From the NCBI GenBank assembly GCA_977018835.1, contig OZ361258.1:1240001-1304000 (forward strand): a stretch of 64,000 nucleotides of DNA. Reading direction: 5' to 3'. The translations under genes were made by a program, and so were the position numbers. The stretch is from Minutocellus sp. GHC0000111. Taxonomy: Eukaryota. Under the pieces are notes generated by a model. The model was not told the origin of the DNA. It saw only the letters and a program-made list of their open reading frames with translations, and did not search any database. Position 1 is the stretch's first letter, and every line of letters begins with the position of its first letter. Below, piece by piece: positions 13,301-23,625 of this stretch.

Positions 13301-15980
13301 ACGAGGGTCCGAGAATGGAATCGGAATAGAAGTTAGATTGTGCCAAATACAATTTTACTTGGACATGTATAAAAGTAAGACGAAGGTTGCAACATATTAC
13401 AAAATCAAGCCACACCAACACCTTTACTTGTGCCGATCATCACTCACCTTTCCCGATCCAGACCGGCCGGAGATTAAGGCCAACCCATGGCGTTCTTCGC
13501 CAGTCACCACCACACTCTCGAATGCACTCATTAACTTGCTTTGCTGAGTCTGCACACCATATAACTCAGACGTCATGTCCAACCTTCCCGTCGTTGCCTC
13601 TGGGGGAGCATCATAAAGATATTTGTTCGGGAAGTCAATCATTAAGCGAAGATCGTTATCGACGTCGGATAAGGAGGTGAACCTCTCAGCAGCGTCTTCA
13701 TCTGTGGCATCGATCAGACTTTGGACGAAAATGGACACACTGGTGGGATATCCAAGATCCTGAAGAGGGGCCCTAGAAGTGTGCCCAGGCTGCTCCTCAT
13801 CGCGACGGCGTTCTCGTTTCGATGTTCTTTCGTCGCCATTGTCACCTGGCACTGACCTCTCGCCATATGAAGACACCGCCGAAATACTGTCTTCACCCGC
13901 CAAAGTCCTATGTAAGGCTTCACCAAGCGAATGCAATTCCGCAGCAATCTGCCGGCCGGTCGCTGGAGCTCCATTATACTTCTCCCGAAGAGATCGTACT
14001 ATTTCTCTCGTGGCCCTGAGAGTGGTCAAAAGCTGCAGTGTAGGATCCAAATTCGAGTCGGTGCCATATTGCATCGGGCCACCCGCCTTATTGGAATCTT
14101 CGGCCGGTGCATGGGCAGAGTTTGTGCTTGTATCGAACATGCTTCCATTCATGCTACCCAAACCACTCTCGTCATCTTCCGCCAGTCGTCCGAGGTCGGA
14201 CATGAGCGAGGAATCGTCAGCAAAATCATCAAGGCTCAAAGAATTGTGCAATGCTGCCGGGAAGACTACACCTGCCGTTTCTGAAGGGAGAACTTTGCTA
14301 CCAGTGGTACCAATCTTTTCTCCGGACGTACTCGTACTGATAATTGGCCGCATCCCCGCTGGCGATCTGCCTTATACCAATCGTATTCTTCTTCTTGTTG
14401 CTTCGATAACTTTGCGAGGTAGAAACAATCGTTCTGCTTTCGTAATTCTTACCAACCTCCTTTTCATTCGGCGCCTTCTTTCCCCCCTTGGTACTGCTGC
14501 TGTGCGAAGGCAAAAGTATGCGTAGGTTTAGCTTCCGTGCGTCGTCCTCAAAGTAAATACCCTCCGGCTCTATAGTCCGCTCGTCATCAGTGCCACTGCT
14601 GTCGGCACTGGTAAAATCTGGTGATGAGGCTGCTGTCCGTATCGCGGCAGTATCCACGAGGCCCACCTCCCCGCTTCTCTGCACCCAGTACTCTTTACTC
14701 TTCTTTGTAGAGTTCGACTTCTTCCCCGCCTGAAGGCGCTCGAATTCCTCCCTGGCCGACGGAGGGATGAACTGGCAGGTCCCCCAGTGGAATCTCTGCC
14801 AGTTCCTCGTGGCCTGGTTGAGCATCCGAATCGAGGCGGGATAGCTGACGGCGCCCTTGGCCTGCTGGGCGGCTGGTCGGTCCCGGCAGTGGACGCACCG
14901 CATGCCGACTCTGCCGACGCTGATCTTTTGCACAGGTCCTCCTATCTGTCCACGAGTCTCGACCTCGGCCTCGGTCGCGGAGAATATCTCGAGCTGCGAG
15001 CGCATGAGACATACCAAAGGAGACAGAAAAGTTGCATCTTGTGACGAAAATAGGGGAAGGCGCCGTCCTCCAACGACTACTGCTGATGAATTGGCTTCGA
15101 CGGCATTCGCACCATTGGTTACCGGCTTTGGCCTGGGTGAGTGGGAGGAAATCGATGGGCTGGGTGGGAGCGGGTCAGGTTCCCAGGGGCTGCTACCATC
15201 TGCGCCCTCCTGTGAGTTATCACCGAGTAGTGCATGCAGTGCATCGAAGGTATTTTTTACGTCGAGAGGTGTTGGACATGACATTCCGTTACCTGAAGTC
15301 TGTTGAGGCGATGCACTGGCATTTGAAGGTCTGGAAGCTACATGCACCGCCGCCGTCGCTACTGCTACTGGAGTCTGAGTCAATATACCATTGGAAGCAT
15401 TGTCGCTGGAAAATTTGATACCGTTATCCCCATCATCGACCAACCCTCTCGCACGACAGCACGCTTCCCAATACTCCCCGTGGGTCATCTTGCGTCCTGT
15501 CGTCGGCATCGGGCCCTTGGCGACGACGCGGGGATCTTTTTTGCAGCGCTCGTATTCCGCCATAATTTCTGGCGGGATAGACCGGCAATGCATGATGTGG
15601 TAGCGCTGATAATTGCGGACGGCCTGGTGGACGAGACGGATGCTGGCGGGGAAGCTCGAGAAGTTGTTGGCCCGATCTTGCATCGGAAGGTGCCGGCAGT
15701 GGACGCACCGGATGCCGATGCGTCCCGACACGATGGGCGTTCGTACCCCGCCCCTGGAGCGGCGGTGGGCCTCATCTTGCTCGGTGGCGGCGAAGTATTC
15801 CAGCTGCCGACGAACGAAGCATGCGGTCGAGGTCAGGTACAGCGGGTCGGTGGGTTCCGACAGCAGCAGCAGCCGCATGGGCGCGGCCATTGCGGCGCCA
15901 GTCAAGCAAGTGCTCGCGTTTGCTCTGGCGATGGCGTCGTCGTCGCTGCTTGCACATGTGCTGCTGTCAGCGGGGAACAT
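10379..15980 (-). CDS. STAND/AAA_16-type NTPase with helical repeats and two N-terminal diatom-type Cys/His domains (introns 14281-14452 and 13270-13447; 1-bp frameshift at ~12378)
   Basis: Walker A GRSGSGK|TS spans an intron; Walker B VILFDDLQW; GGNP motif; RFAHDSI; C-terminal YDKAIEAAKEHRFINEQALASERA...YEAWGAHRK, as in COG3899-type ATPases. Two GR(I/V)G(I/M)RCVHC...S(F/Y)PASIR...RNxQRxHxxxC domains. Confidence 0.8.
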
Positions 15981-16633
15981 GGTAACAATAGAATGAGTGA
16001 GTAGTTGACGTGCCTGCCTTTTCAATCTCTGCTGCCCTGATGCTCTGGCTGATGATCACCACTGTCAGTGTCCGTGTTGTGTGCTGAGCGAGCGTCACGT
16101 GAGACCAAGCAGCCGGCAAGGGGGCCGGTGAGGCGAACCGGGAAATTGATCAAAGTTGAACTACGAAAGTCAATGTTCAAGTTGAATTACATGACATGAC
16201 TTTCGGACGGGACCACAAAAATCCCTCTTTCTCTCTTTTCCTCCCGGTGCAATCCCCTCCTCCCCTCTCCCATTCAAAAAGCGTGGAGTAGCCAGCGTGG
16301 AGCGGATCGATGGTGGATACGCGGATCTCCGGCCGCTCCCGCCCCCCGCCGCAGTGCTCTGATTGCTCAAACCAGACTACTACCCTGTATAAATTCTATC
16401 TAATCATAATTGAAACAATGCAGATATTCGTCAAGACGCTAACGGGCAAGACCGTCACCCTCGACGTGAACCCGTCGGACGAAATTAAAGTCGTCAAGGA
16501 TAAGATTAAGAGGGCGCTGTCCATAATTTTCCCCGTTTTTAATCCCCCTTATTCTTATTTCTTATGACGAGCGAAGCATGACAAAAACTCGACCCCACCA
16601 TGAGTATCGCCGCTCTGCCCCCTCTTCATTACG

Positions 16634-17863
16634 ATGAAGCGCAGCGCTGATAATAGTGCCGGCCCGGCCCACAACGCAGATACGCGGTTGCGGAAACTCA
16701 AGACAGATAACTCCGGTCGCCCGATTTTGCCTGTTGACAAGAAGAAAGAGAAGGCGGAGGACAAAGCGAAAGACGCCGTTACCGAGATACTGGAGGGCCT
16801 CGCCGTCACGTTGGAGAACGACCCGAACGGACAAGGACGAGAATTATGGAACAATCCCGGCGTCGGCCATGCACTTCAACATCTTGTCAAAGCAGTCGAG
16901 GCTCGCGCTGATAAGTATCATGTTCGGGATGATATTGATGTCGCTGCTGAGCGGCCCGGCCTCGTAGTTACCAACCTGTCCGTGGCTGATGTGAAGTTGA
17001 GGCTGACGGTCGGCATCGTCGATCAATTGCAAGATCCCATGTTTGACGCCGGACCTGAATTCTTCCCTATATTTCAACTTCATGGGAAACGGATCGATAT
17101 TGGATCGGCTCTTGCTGCGCACGGCCGACCTTTCAACACCACATCGCTTACTTTGCTTGATGGAAGCGGAAAGCTTATCGTCGCTCGTGTTGCCCTGACA
17201 ATTACCGAAAAGGCCCGAAGTCTACAACAGGGCCATGTGATCAAATTGACAAAGTTCCACCGATGGTATGTGGCTCCATATGATGACATACACTCTACTG
17301 CTGGGATTGGACTAGTTGATTTTGATATTGTTGGAATGGGCCAACTTCTGCAGGTAGATGGTGGGCCATCAGCAGCGATCAGATCGGACACGGATGCTCT
17401 TGTTGCGGCCGTTTGTGAGGAAGGCGACGATGATCCGACGGCAGCGCCGGAGGCAGACACATTCGGTAATTGGGACGAGACCAGAGAGAGGCCGCCAATA
17501 CCCCCTGCTTGCTGCACTGCCGCCAACCGAAGCTGCTCAATGTACGGCACACTCTTCTTTCAGAAATGCGTCTGCGAAGAAATGCTGGTGCCGACGGAGG
17601 AGGACCTGGAGGATATCGCTGACAAATACTACGCAACCACCATGCCAGTCGAAGCCATGGCAAATAATTTGAAGAGGAACATGCTGTATTGGTACTATGC
17701 AACTGAGGTGTATCATGTGAGAGGTTGGCTTGATCGGAAGCCCTTGCCAACCTGTCTAGTCTTTTGCATTAGGTTCATTTATCCAAATGATAAAGGTGAA
17801 CGATATGTTGGATTCATCCCTGGTCATCAAGATGAAGAGGAAGAAGAAGAGGAAAATGCATAA
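16634..17863 (+). CDS. Transposon accessory protein: putative OB fold plus KolX/P2X7-C-terminal-like domain
   Basis: Intact 409-aa ORF. C-terminal CC...C...KCVCEE...NNLKRNMLYWYY...RKPLPTCLVFCIRFIYP...YVGF matches the P2X7-ballast/KolX pattern. The N-terminal half has LTVGIV...PIFQL...LTLLDGSG...GHVIKLTKF. Confidence 0.75.
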   Translation: MKRSADNSAGPAHNADTRLRKLKTDNSGRPILPVDKKKEKAEDKAKDAVTEILEGLAVTLENDPNGQGRELWNNPGVGHALQHLVKAVEARADKYHVRDDIDVAAERPGLVVTNLSVADVKLRLTVGIVDQLQDPMFDAGPEFFPIFQLHGKRIDIGSALAAHGRPFNTTSLTLLDGSGKLIVARVALTITEKARSLQQGHVIKLTKFHRWYVAPYDDIHSTAGIGLVDFDIVGMGQLLQVDGGPSAAIRSDTDALVAAVCEEGDDDPTAAPEADTFGNWDETRERPPIPPACCTAANRSCSMYGTLFFQKCVCEEMLVPTEEDLEDIADKYYATTMPVEAMANNLKRNMLYWYYATEVYHVRGWLDRKPLPTCLVFCIRFIYPNDKGERYVGFIPGHQDEEEEEEENA

Positions 17864-17967
17864 TCATTACCTCAACACATGTAGATAACAAGAATGTGCG
17901 TAGCACATGAGTAACAGCACACAATAAATCCATTTTTATTTACAGTGATAAAATATTTTACACGTGT

Positions 17968-20284
17968 TTACAAGCTGCCATTTTCTCTCAGTATCGCCGG
18001 CATCCAAGAGCTAACATCATTTGCCGATACACCGAAGTTTGTCTTAGCTTTCTTATTATTTCTTGCAGATTTCTTGTTGCTGCCTGGGCTTCTGCGCTTC
18101 TTTCCGGCGTAAACGACAACGTCGTCAGCATCGTCGCATTGACATTCAGCCCGAGTGTGGCCAAGCTGCTTGCATTTCTGACACTGCTGGTCAATCTTCT
18201 TCTTGCGGCCAGGCTTTGCTGGTTTCGCCTTACCAGCAGCTAGGGCCCTGTTCTTCTTGTACACATAGTCCTTGTCGTCTTTCTCGCTTCTGTTTCGCAA
18301 GGCTGCTCGAAGGCGCTTGCTGTCGCTCTTGCTCTTTTTGTACTCATCGGTGCGCTTACGCGCAAGGTCGCCCTCGAGCTTCCGGTCAATTGCATCGAAT
18401 CCATCTTTTCGGGTAGGAGAATCCCTCGATCCCAACTTTCCAAGAACTCGCTCATTGAATTCCGTACCCAGTGACTTGTGGCCAGCGGCTCTAATTGTTG
18501 CATTTGGGTAGGCGTCTGAAGCAGTCAAATTCGGCCTTTTCCCCATCGTGAACTTCGTCACCATCCCGTTGAGCTGTTCGACGCCGGTGGTAGATTCCTT
18601 CTTGCAGTTGGAGTCGGCAGTATTCTTGTTGATTCTCTTGGTTATTTCAAGCGTCATCTTGCGAATCGTGTCGTCACTAATCTCCAATATGTCGCCATCG
18701 AATTGATTCCCCGAGCTCCATTCCTCATCGAGCTTGCCATCACTCCAATCAGGATGAGCAATGCTGAGGCGAATCCAATCACACGTGTTGGTGGTGCAAA
18801 AAGTGTGAATGCCACATTGGTGACGAACGATGGACTGGAGTTCTTTCTGAAGGAGGGCCAGATGACTTTGTTTTTCCTCCTCGGACACAGCACCATCGGG
18901 CTGATCGAGAACGCTGTGCTTGTGCCGATCAGTAATCTTCGAAATGTCCTGTTTCATCCGATTGATGCGTGGTCGGGGGATGGCATTAAAATTTTCAACT
19001 CCCAACATTCTCGGCCAGATGCTCCTCTGCCACACCGGGGGAGTAGGAAGAGTTGCGATGGCAGAAGCCATCATGGTCGTACAGGGCCAGTGTCTCATCC
19101 TTGCTCATGTTTTTGAGCTCACTCGGCGTTATTGGATTGCCGGCTTCCCGCCTCTCCCTCAATCTTGCATTGCAGGCTCTCACGCAACAGTGGCAGCTTG
19201 CCTGAGAGATTCCCTTGTCAACAACAAGGCCAGTTTCCTTGTCTACGGCAAATGCCGCTGCAGCAGAGCCAGTGTAGCAATGGCCGTAGTCGCGTTTGAG
19301 GGCGCTGCCGTCTTGGGCCACCGTAACCACCGCCGCCGTGTGCATCTCGCCGCCTTGTTCAAACTCAACAGTCTTGCTGCTAGCGGCACATGCTTTTGCC
19401 CTGTTCTCGTCAATGATTTCATCGGCTGCTTCAATAGCCGCTGCTCTGCATTTCTTTTCCACCTGTCGGGCATTCTTTTCGGTCGGATGGACGATGTCGG
19501 CCTTCGTGCAGAAATTCATGAAGCGACTTGCGCACATGGCCTCATCTTCCGCTGCCTCCATCAGCTCCAAGTTCATTCCAGCCTGACTTCTAGAATGCTT
19601 TCTGCCGGGGCACACAACTTCTGACCTCTGGCCGATCCAAGTGCAAAAAGAAAAAAAAGGTTGGTTGCATCTATCGCATCGCCATTCAAATGTAACGCCG
19701 AATCCACGCCGAACTGGCTCGGCCGAGAGATGCAGATTGCCGCACGATCGGTGGAGATTCTGTGCGAAATCACACAGCTGCTTCATCTCAACCACAATTC
19801 TTTTGCCGTTGAGCTGCACGCCGGTGATGTTGGGACGATCGGTAGCGTTGGCGGTGGGAGTAGATGACCGACCGCCCGAAGAACTCTTGTCGGAACAACA
19901 TTTCAGTGTCGCGTTGAGATGGGGCCCATGCTTTTCATCGTCCTGGAAGTAATTTTCAGGTGTGGTCGGCAGTGATCGCTTGCCATTGCGTTGAGAGCGT
20001 GGGCTGGCGTTATCGGCTATTCTGGAGAAGCGGTAGAAGGGCTTTGCAACGTCAAGGCCTGATATTTTCTCTGGACGTCGTCGTTGGATGTTGACCTCGT
20101 GTCGTGTTGGGACGTGTTGAAGAGATGATCGAACAAGAGAGATCTCTAAGCTCGGCGATGCGCCACCGCGCATCAAGATACGGACAACCTCATCAATAGT
20201 GTAGAAAGTACATCTGACGTCGTCTGGGAATGAGAGCAAGAGTGAGAGGATTGCCTCCTTGGCGTTAGCACGTGATGTTTCCAT
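17968..20284 (-). pseudogene. DDE transposase with an internal deletion/frameshift at ~18995-19003
   Basis: 5' part: C...GFGVTFEWRCDRC, VTVAQDGSALKRDYGH, ETGLVVD...CHCC, HDGFCHRN...AEE. 3' part, in another frame: SIVRHQCGIHTFC, TTGVEQLNGMV...KR and a CQKCKQLGHTRAEC zinc knuckle. Confidence 0.8.
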
Positions 20285-21943
20285 GGTTGTTTTTTTGTTT
20301 TGTGTCGGCTCTGGCGCAAGACACGCTTTTCGATGAGAACCTTGCAAAAAGAACCCCAAATGAGGGAGACGTGCAAAAATACCCCAAACAAATATCCCCT
20401 TACCTCCCAACAGCAAAACTTCAAGATATCTTCCCACCAGCACCACCAATGCTGGTCATGCGTCGGCCGAGACTAATTTCGGTCGATCCGACGATGATGT
20501 GCACGTCGACTGCCATGTTTCTGAGGGAGAGTTGATTCATCGAAGTTCCTCTGAACCAAGTGTTCCTGGAGGGATTTCCGACTTAATGCTGAAAGGAACG
20601 TCGATGACTCTTCGCCACTGTGGAGAGCGGCGGCCTTCGATGAGGAGCCCATTGTCACGTTGGAGTGCTAACTTTGGCGATGGTGCGAAGAAAAAACGGC
20701 ACAAAACACGCATTTTGGGGGCTTCCTAAAAGTTATGGACAGCGCCCTCTTAAGGAACTCGAGGGCATTCCGCCCGATCAGCAGCGAATCATCTTCGCCG
20801 GCAAGCAGATAGAGAACAGGCGGACGCTCTTAGACTACAACATTCAGAAAGAGACCACTCTTCACTTGGTCCTACGCCTGACGGGCATGATATCGACCTT
20901 CTCCTCCTCCGACGCATCCGATCCCTTGGTCGCATATCTACTGCTGACCGATGAGGAGAGGAAATCGGCTTCCATTCCCACGGAGGAACTTCGGGAGAAA
21001 GAAAAGACCGAATATGCAGGATTTTACACCTATCGGTACGACCCCACGTGCGACATACTTCATGAGTCTCATCGAACTTTTCTTTGTGACCTACTCGATT
21101 TCGTTTGGTCGAAGACTGCGTCAAAGGATCCCAATCGTGTCGATATGCGCGTGGCCATGACCAAGGAGCAGCTCCTGTCGGTAAGTGAGCAATGAATGCT
21201 ATAATGAAACGAATGTATTGTGTGATGAATGTATCTTATATGCTCTTGTCTTCTGCCCTTTAGATTGATAATATCTTCATCATGATTTGTGATACTGTCC
21301 ATAATCTTCATTCATCACCAGATCTTGGGTTCATTGGACGGTGAGATGGATGATGCACACAAGGCCAACAAAGTTGTTCGCGGGCTTGAAGCGGCCTTTT
21401 GTAGAGTGCCCGGTGCCCGCGGTGATGCAAAGTATGCCCTGCGCATGACTAAGGCCTCGAACAATTGCATCACCTTTCATTGCGATGGGGGATACGCAAC
21501 CTCGACTTCTCAGATTCCTCTCAATGACCCTTCCGAATATAAGGGTGGGAAGCTTTGTTACTTTGTGAACGATCAGTTGCACTTTGTCCCTCGTACCCCT
21601 GGATCACTTGTTCAGCATCCTCCCAGGGTCCTTCATGGAGTCACCAGAGTCACGGAGGGAACGCGCAAGAGTTTCTTCATCGTCGACACCAACAACGGAC
21701 TTGGCGACAAGGGTGTTGTCGAACTTGAGGCTGATACCATTGTTTCATTCTTGGCTTTTATGAGCGAAAAGAGGGGAAGCAAGCCTTCTGCTGCAAGCAC
21801 CATCAGTGCCGGAGAAAAGCGAAAGCGCGGGGCTGGAAAGTGAAGATTGAGAAAGATTTGGACACACTGTACACTCGTACACTCCCACTTTGATAGACTG
21901 GGGCTCGATAGAACATTGTAGAAAAAAATGATGTAACTCCTAG

Positions 21944-23155
21944 CTAGGATCGCATTATCGCAATAGCATCATCAGTGACACTCATACCATTCATCTCAAA
22001 GTTTGTGTTTGGCATATTCTGCATGGTCTGCCAGGTACACCCATCTTTCTTCGCTTCATCGCCAAGAGGCGGCTTGCCTCGCTGCACCGTACCATCTCCC
22101 CACCATATCGTGCCGTTGCCCCGAGTGCTATCGAATTCAACAAAGGTTCCATGCGAAAAGAATCGTCGCCAAATACCATCGTGACTGCCCTTGGTACCAT
22201 TGCCATTGGGCTGACCCAAAGGACGATCGTATTCCTCCCTCCAGTCGAGCCACACATCCGGCCTTTGAGGCCAAGGTTCGTCAGACGACCAGCCCTTGGC
22301 ACAATGATAGTAGGCATACTCTCCAGCTCCGATGAGGAATGCCGCCATAGCATTGATATCGCCATGGCCACATCCATTCTCGGTTGCGTTGGTCCCATCA
22401 TCCACAATGCCTCCGGCATGTGCCTGAACGCCCAACCCTCGTTCGGCGGCAAGCTGTAGCGATTGGATGCAGTGCTCCGAGGCGGCAAAGTCCTCAAACA
22501 TCATCATGGTGGTCCCTTCCGCCGGCAGACCCTGATTATTAGATATGGCAAACGATCCAATGGACGCCAACCGTCTGTTGAGTTCCGATAGAGTTTGCAT
22601 GTGTGCCAGCTCAAATCGGACGGAATCTTCCTTGGACATGACTTGAACGGCCGATACCTGCGTCATGTTATTGGATCGATCGATGTAGCATCCATCGCAC
22701 CCATCTACCACGGCCTGGAGACAGTCCGATATCCAACGTTCCCGCAGCTCGGGGATGGACAAAATGAAGCACCAGGCCCCGTCTGGTCTGCCCGTGATGG
22801 TAATATCTTTGCCCGACGTATCTTTGAGACGCCACTCGGGATGGTCCAGCATGAGGTCTTGCAACTCATAGAACGGCCAGTCAAATACCGAATTTAGGTA
22901 GTACATGGCAACGACATTTGTTTTGTTGCCGTTGCTTGCAGCGGCGGCGGCAGCCTTGACACGTTGGCACTCTCCTGGCAGGATGTGTTCCTGTCTGCCT
23001 CGACCATTCTTATTCGCATGGGCCTTCTCGAATGTTGCCATCGAATAGCGGCCGATCTCGGCCAGAGCCTCGTGACTCCACACGCCGCTGGAATTGCCGG
23101 AATGGAAGAAGACCGGGAGGGTGCTCCACGAGAAGGGACCGAGGAGGCTGTTCAT
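21944..23155 (-). CDS. Putative glycoside hydrolase (GHL15-like TIM barrel)
   Basis: 403-aa ORF with FSWSTLPVFFH, YYLNSVFD, GCDGCYID, MAAFLIGAGEYAYY, EYDRPLGQP and GIWRRFFSHGTFVEFD. Confidence 0.65.
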   Translation of the reverse strand: MNSLLGPFSWSTLPVFFHSGNSSGVWSHEALAEIGRYSMATFEKAHANKNGRGRQEHILPGECQRVKAAAAAASNGNKTNVVAMYYLNSVFDWPFYELQDLMLDHPEWRLKDTSGKDITITGRPDGAWCFILSIPELRERWISDCLQAVVDGCDGCYIDRSNNMTQVSAVQVMSKEDSVRFELAHMQTLSELNRRLASIGSFAISNNQGLPAEGTTMMMFEDFAASEHCIQSLQLAAERGLGVQAHAGGIVDDGTNATENGCGHGDINAMAAFLIGAGEYAYYHCAKGWSSDEPWPQRPDVWLDWREEYDRPLGQPNGNGTKGSHDGIWRRFFSHGTFVEFDSTRGNGTIWWGDGTVQRGKPPLGDEAKKDGCTWQTMQNMPNTNFEMNGMSVTDDAIAIMRS

Positions 23156-23625
23156 GGCGAGGCTTGGAGTCTTGGAGTGCGGTGTGGTGGACAGAATGAC
23201 TGAATATCTAACTGACGCCTGAGCCGCCGGACTGATGAGCCGTCAGGATAATCTGCAAAGCAGTCAGCAATCTTTACAGGGATCCCGAAAAGTACATGTA
23301 CCTGAAAGGCGACAACAATATTAATTTTTAGCGAGACAACAACAGGAGGAAAAAGCGCCCAGGACCCACCAAACAAACGCGCCATGGCGCGCGGAACGCA
23401 GCAACTTTGGCGAGCCGATGCACTTGGCGAGCGATGCACTTGGCGAGCCTCCGCTGGCGAGGTTCTACTACGTAGTAGCTAGGCCTACATGTATGTACTC
23501 GTTCAGCAGTGCATTCTTCATCACCGCTACTTCCCTGCATAAGTCGCGCCAACTTCTTGCTAGCTACGTAGCTCTACTAGCTAGCTGGCTCACTAACCTC
23601 CGGTTAGCTTCGTACCGTCGTCGTC

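Larger units (their letters stand above)
16510..20749. mobile_element. Kolobok-like DNA transposon, copy 1 (4240 bp)
   Basis: 17-bp perfect TIR GAGGGCGCTGTCCATAA; TTAA at 16506-16509 and 20750-20753; RR..YY termini; two convergent genes. Confidence 0.9.
16418..21843 (+). pseudogene. Ubiquitin-like/2OG-Fe(II) oxygenase fusion gene disrupted by the transposon (coding 16418-16509, 20754-21180, 21322-21843)
   Basis: Removing the element plus one TTAA gives the contiguous [51 protein letters not shown]...[10 protein letters not shown]. Intron 21181-21321. C-terminal HCD...YKGGKL...LHGVTRVTEGTRKS is a 2OG oxygenase motif set. Confidence 0.9.

Noticed and set aside
18990..19010. Programmed ribosomal frameshift joining the two transposase ORFs
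   Set aside because: No convincing slippery heptamer precedes the stop, and expected catalytic motifs appear to be missing, so a shift would not restore them.
16510..20749. piggyBac classification because of TTAA
   Set aside because: The termini are GA...TC rather than CC...GG, no piggyBac motifs are visible, and a KolX-like partner gene is present.
23405..23600. Short TTGGCGAGC(C)GATGCAC repeats and CTAG/TACGTA palindromes as a CRISPR-like or regulatory array
   Set aside because: There are only 3-4 degenerate adjacent units with no spacers, in a eukaryotic context with no cas genes.
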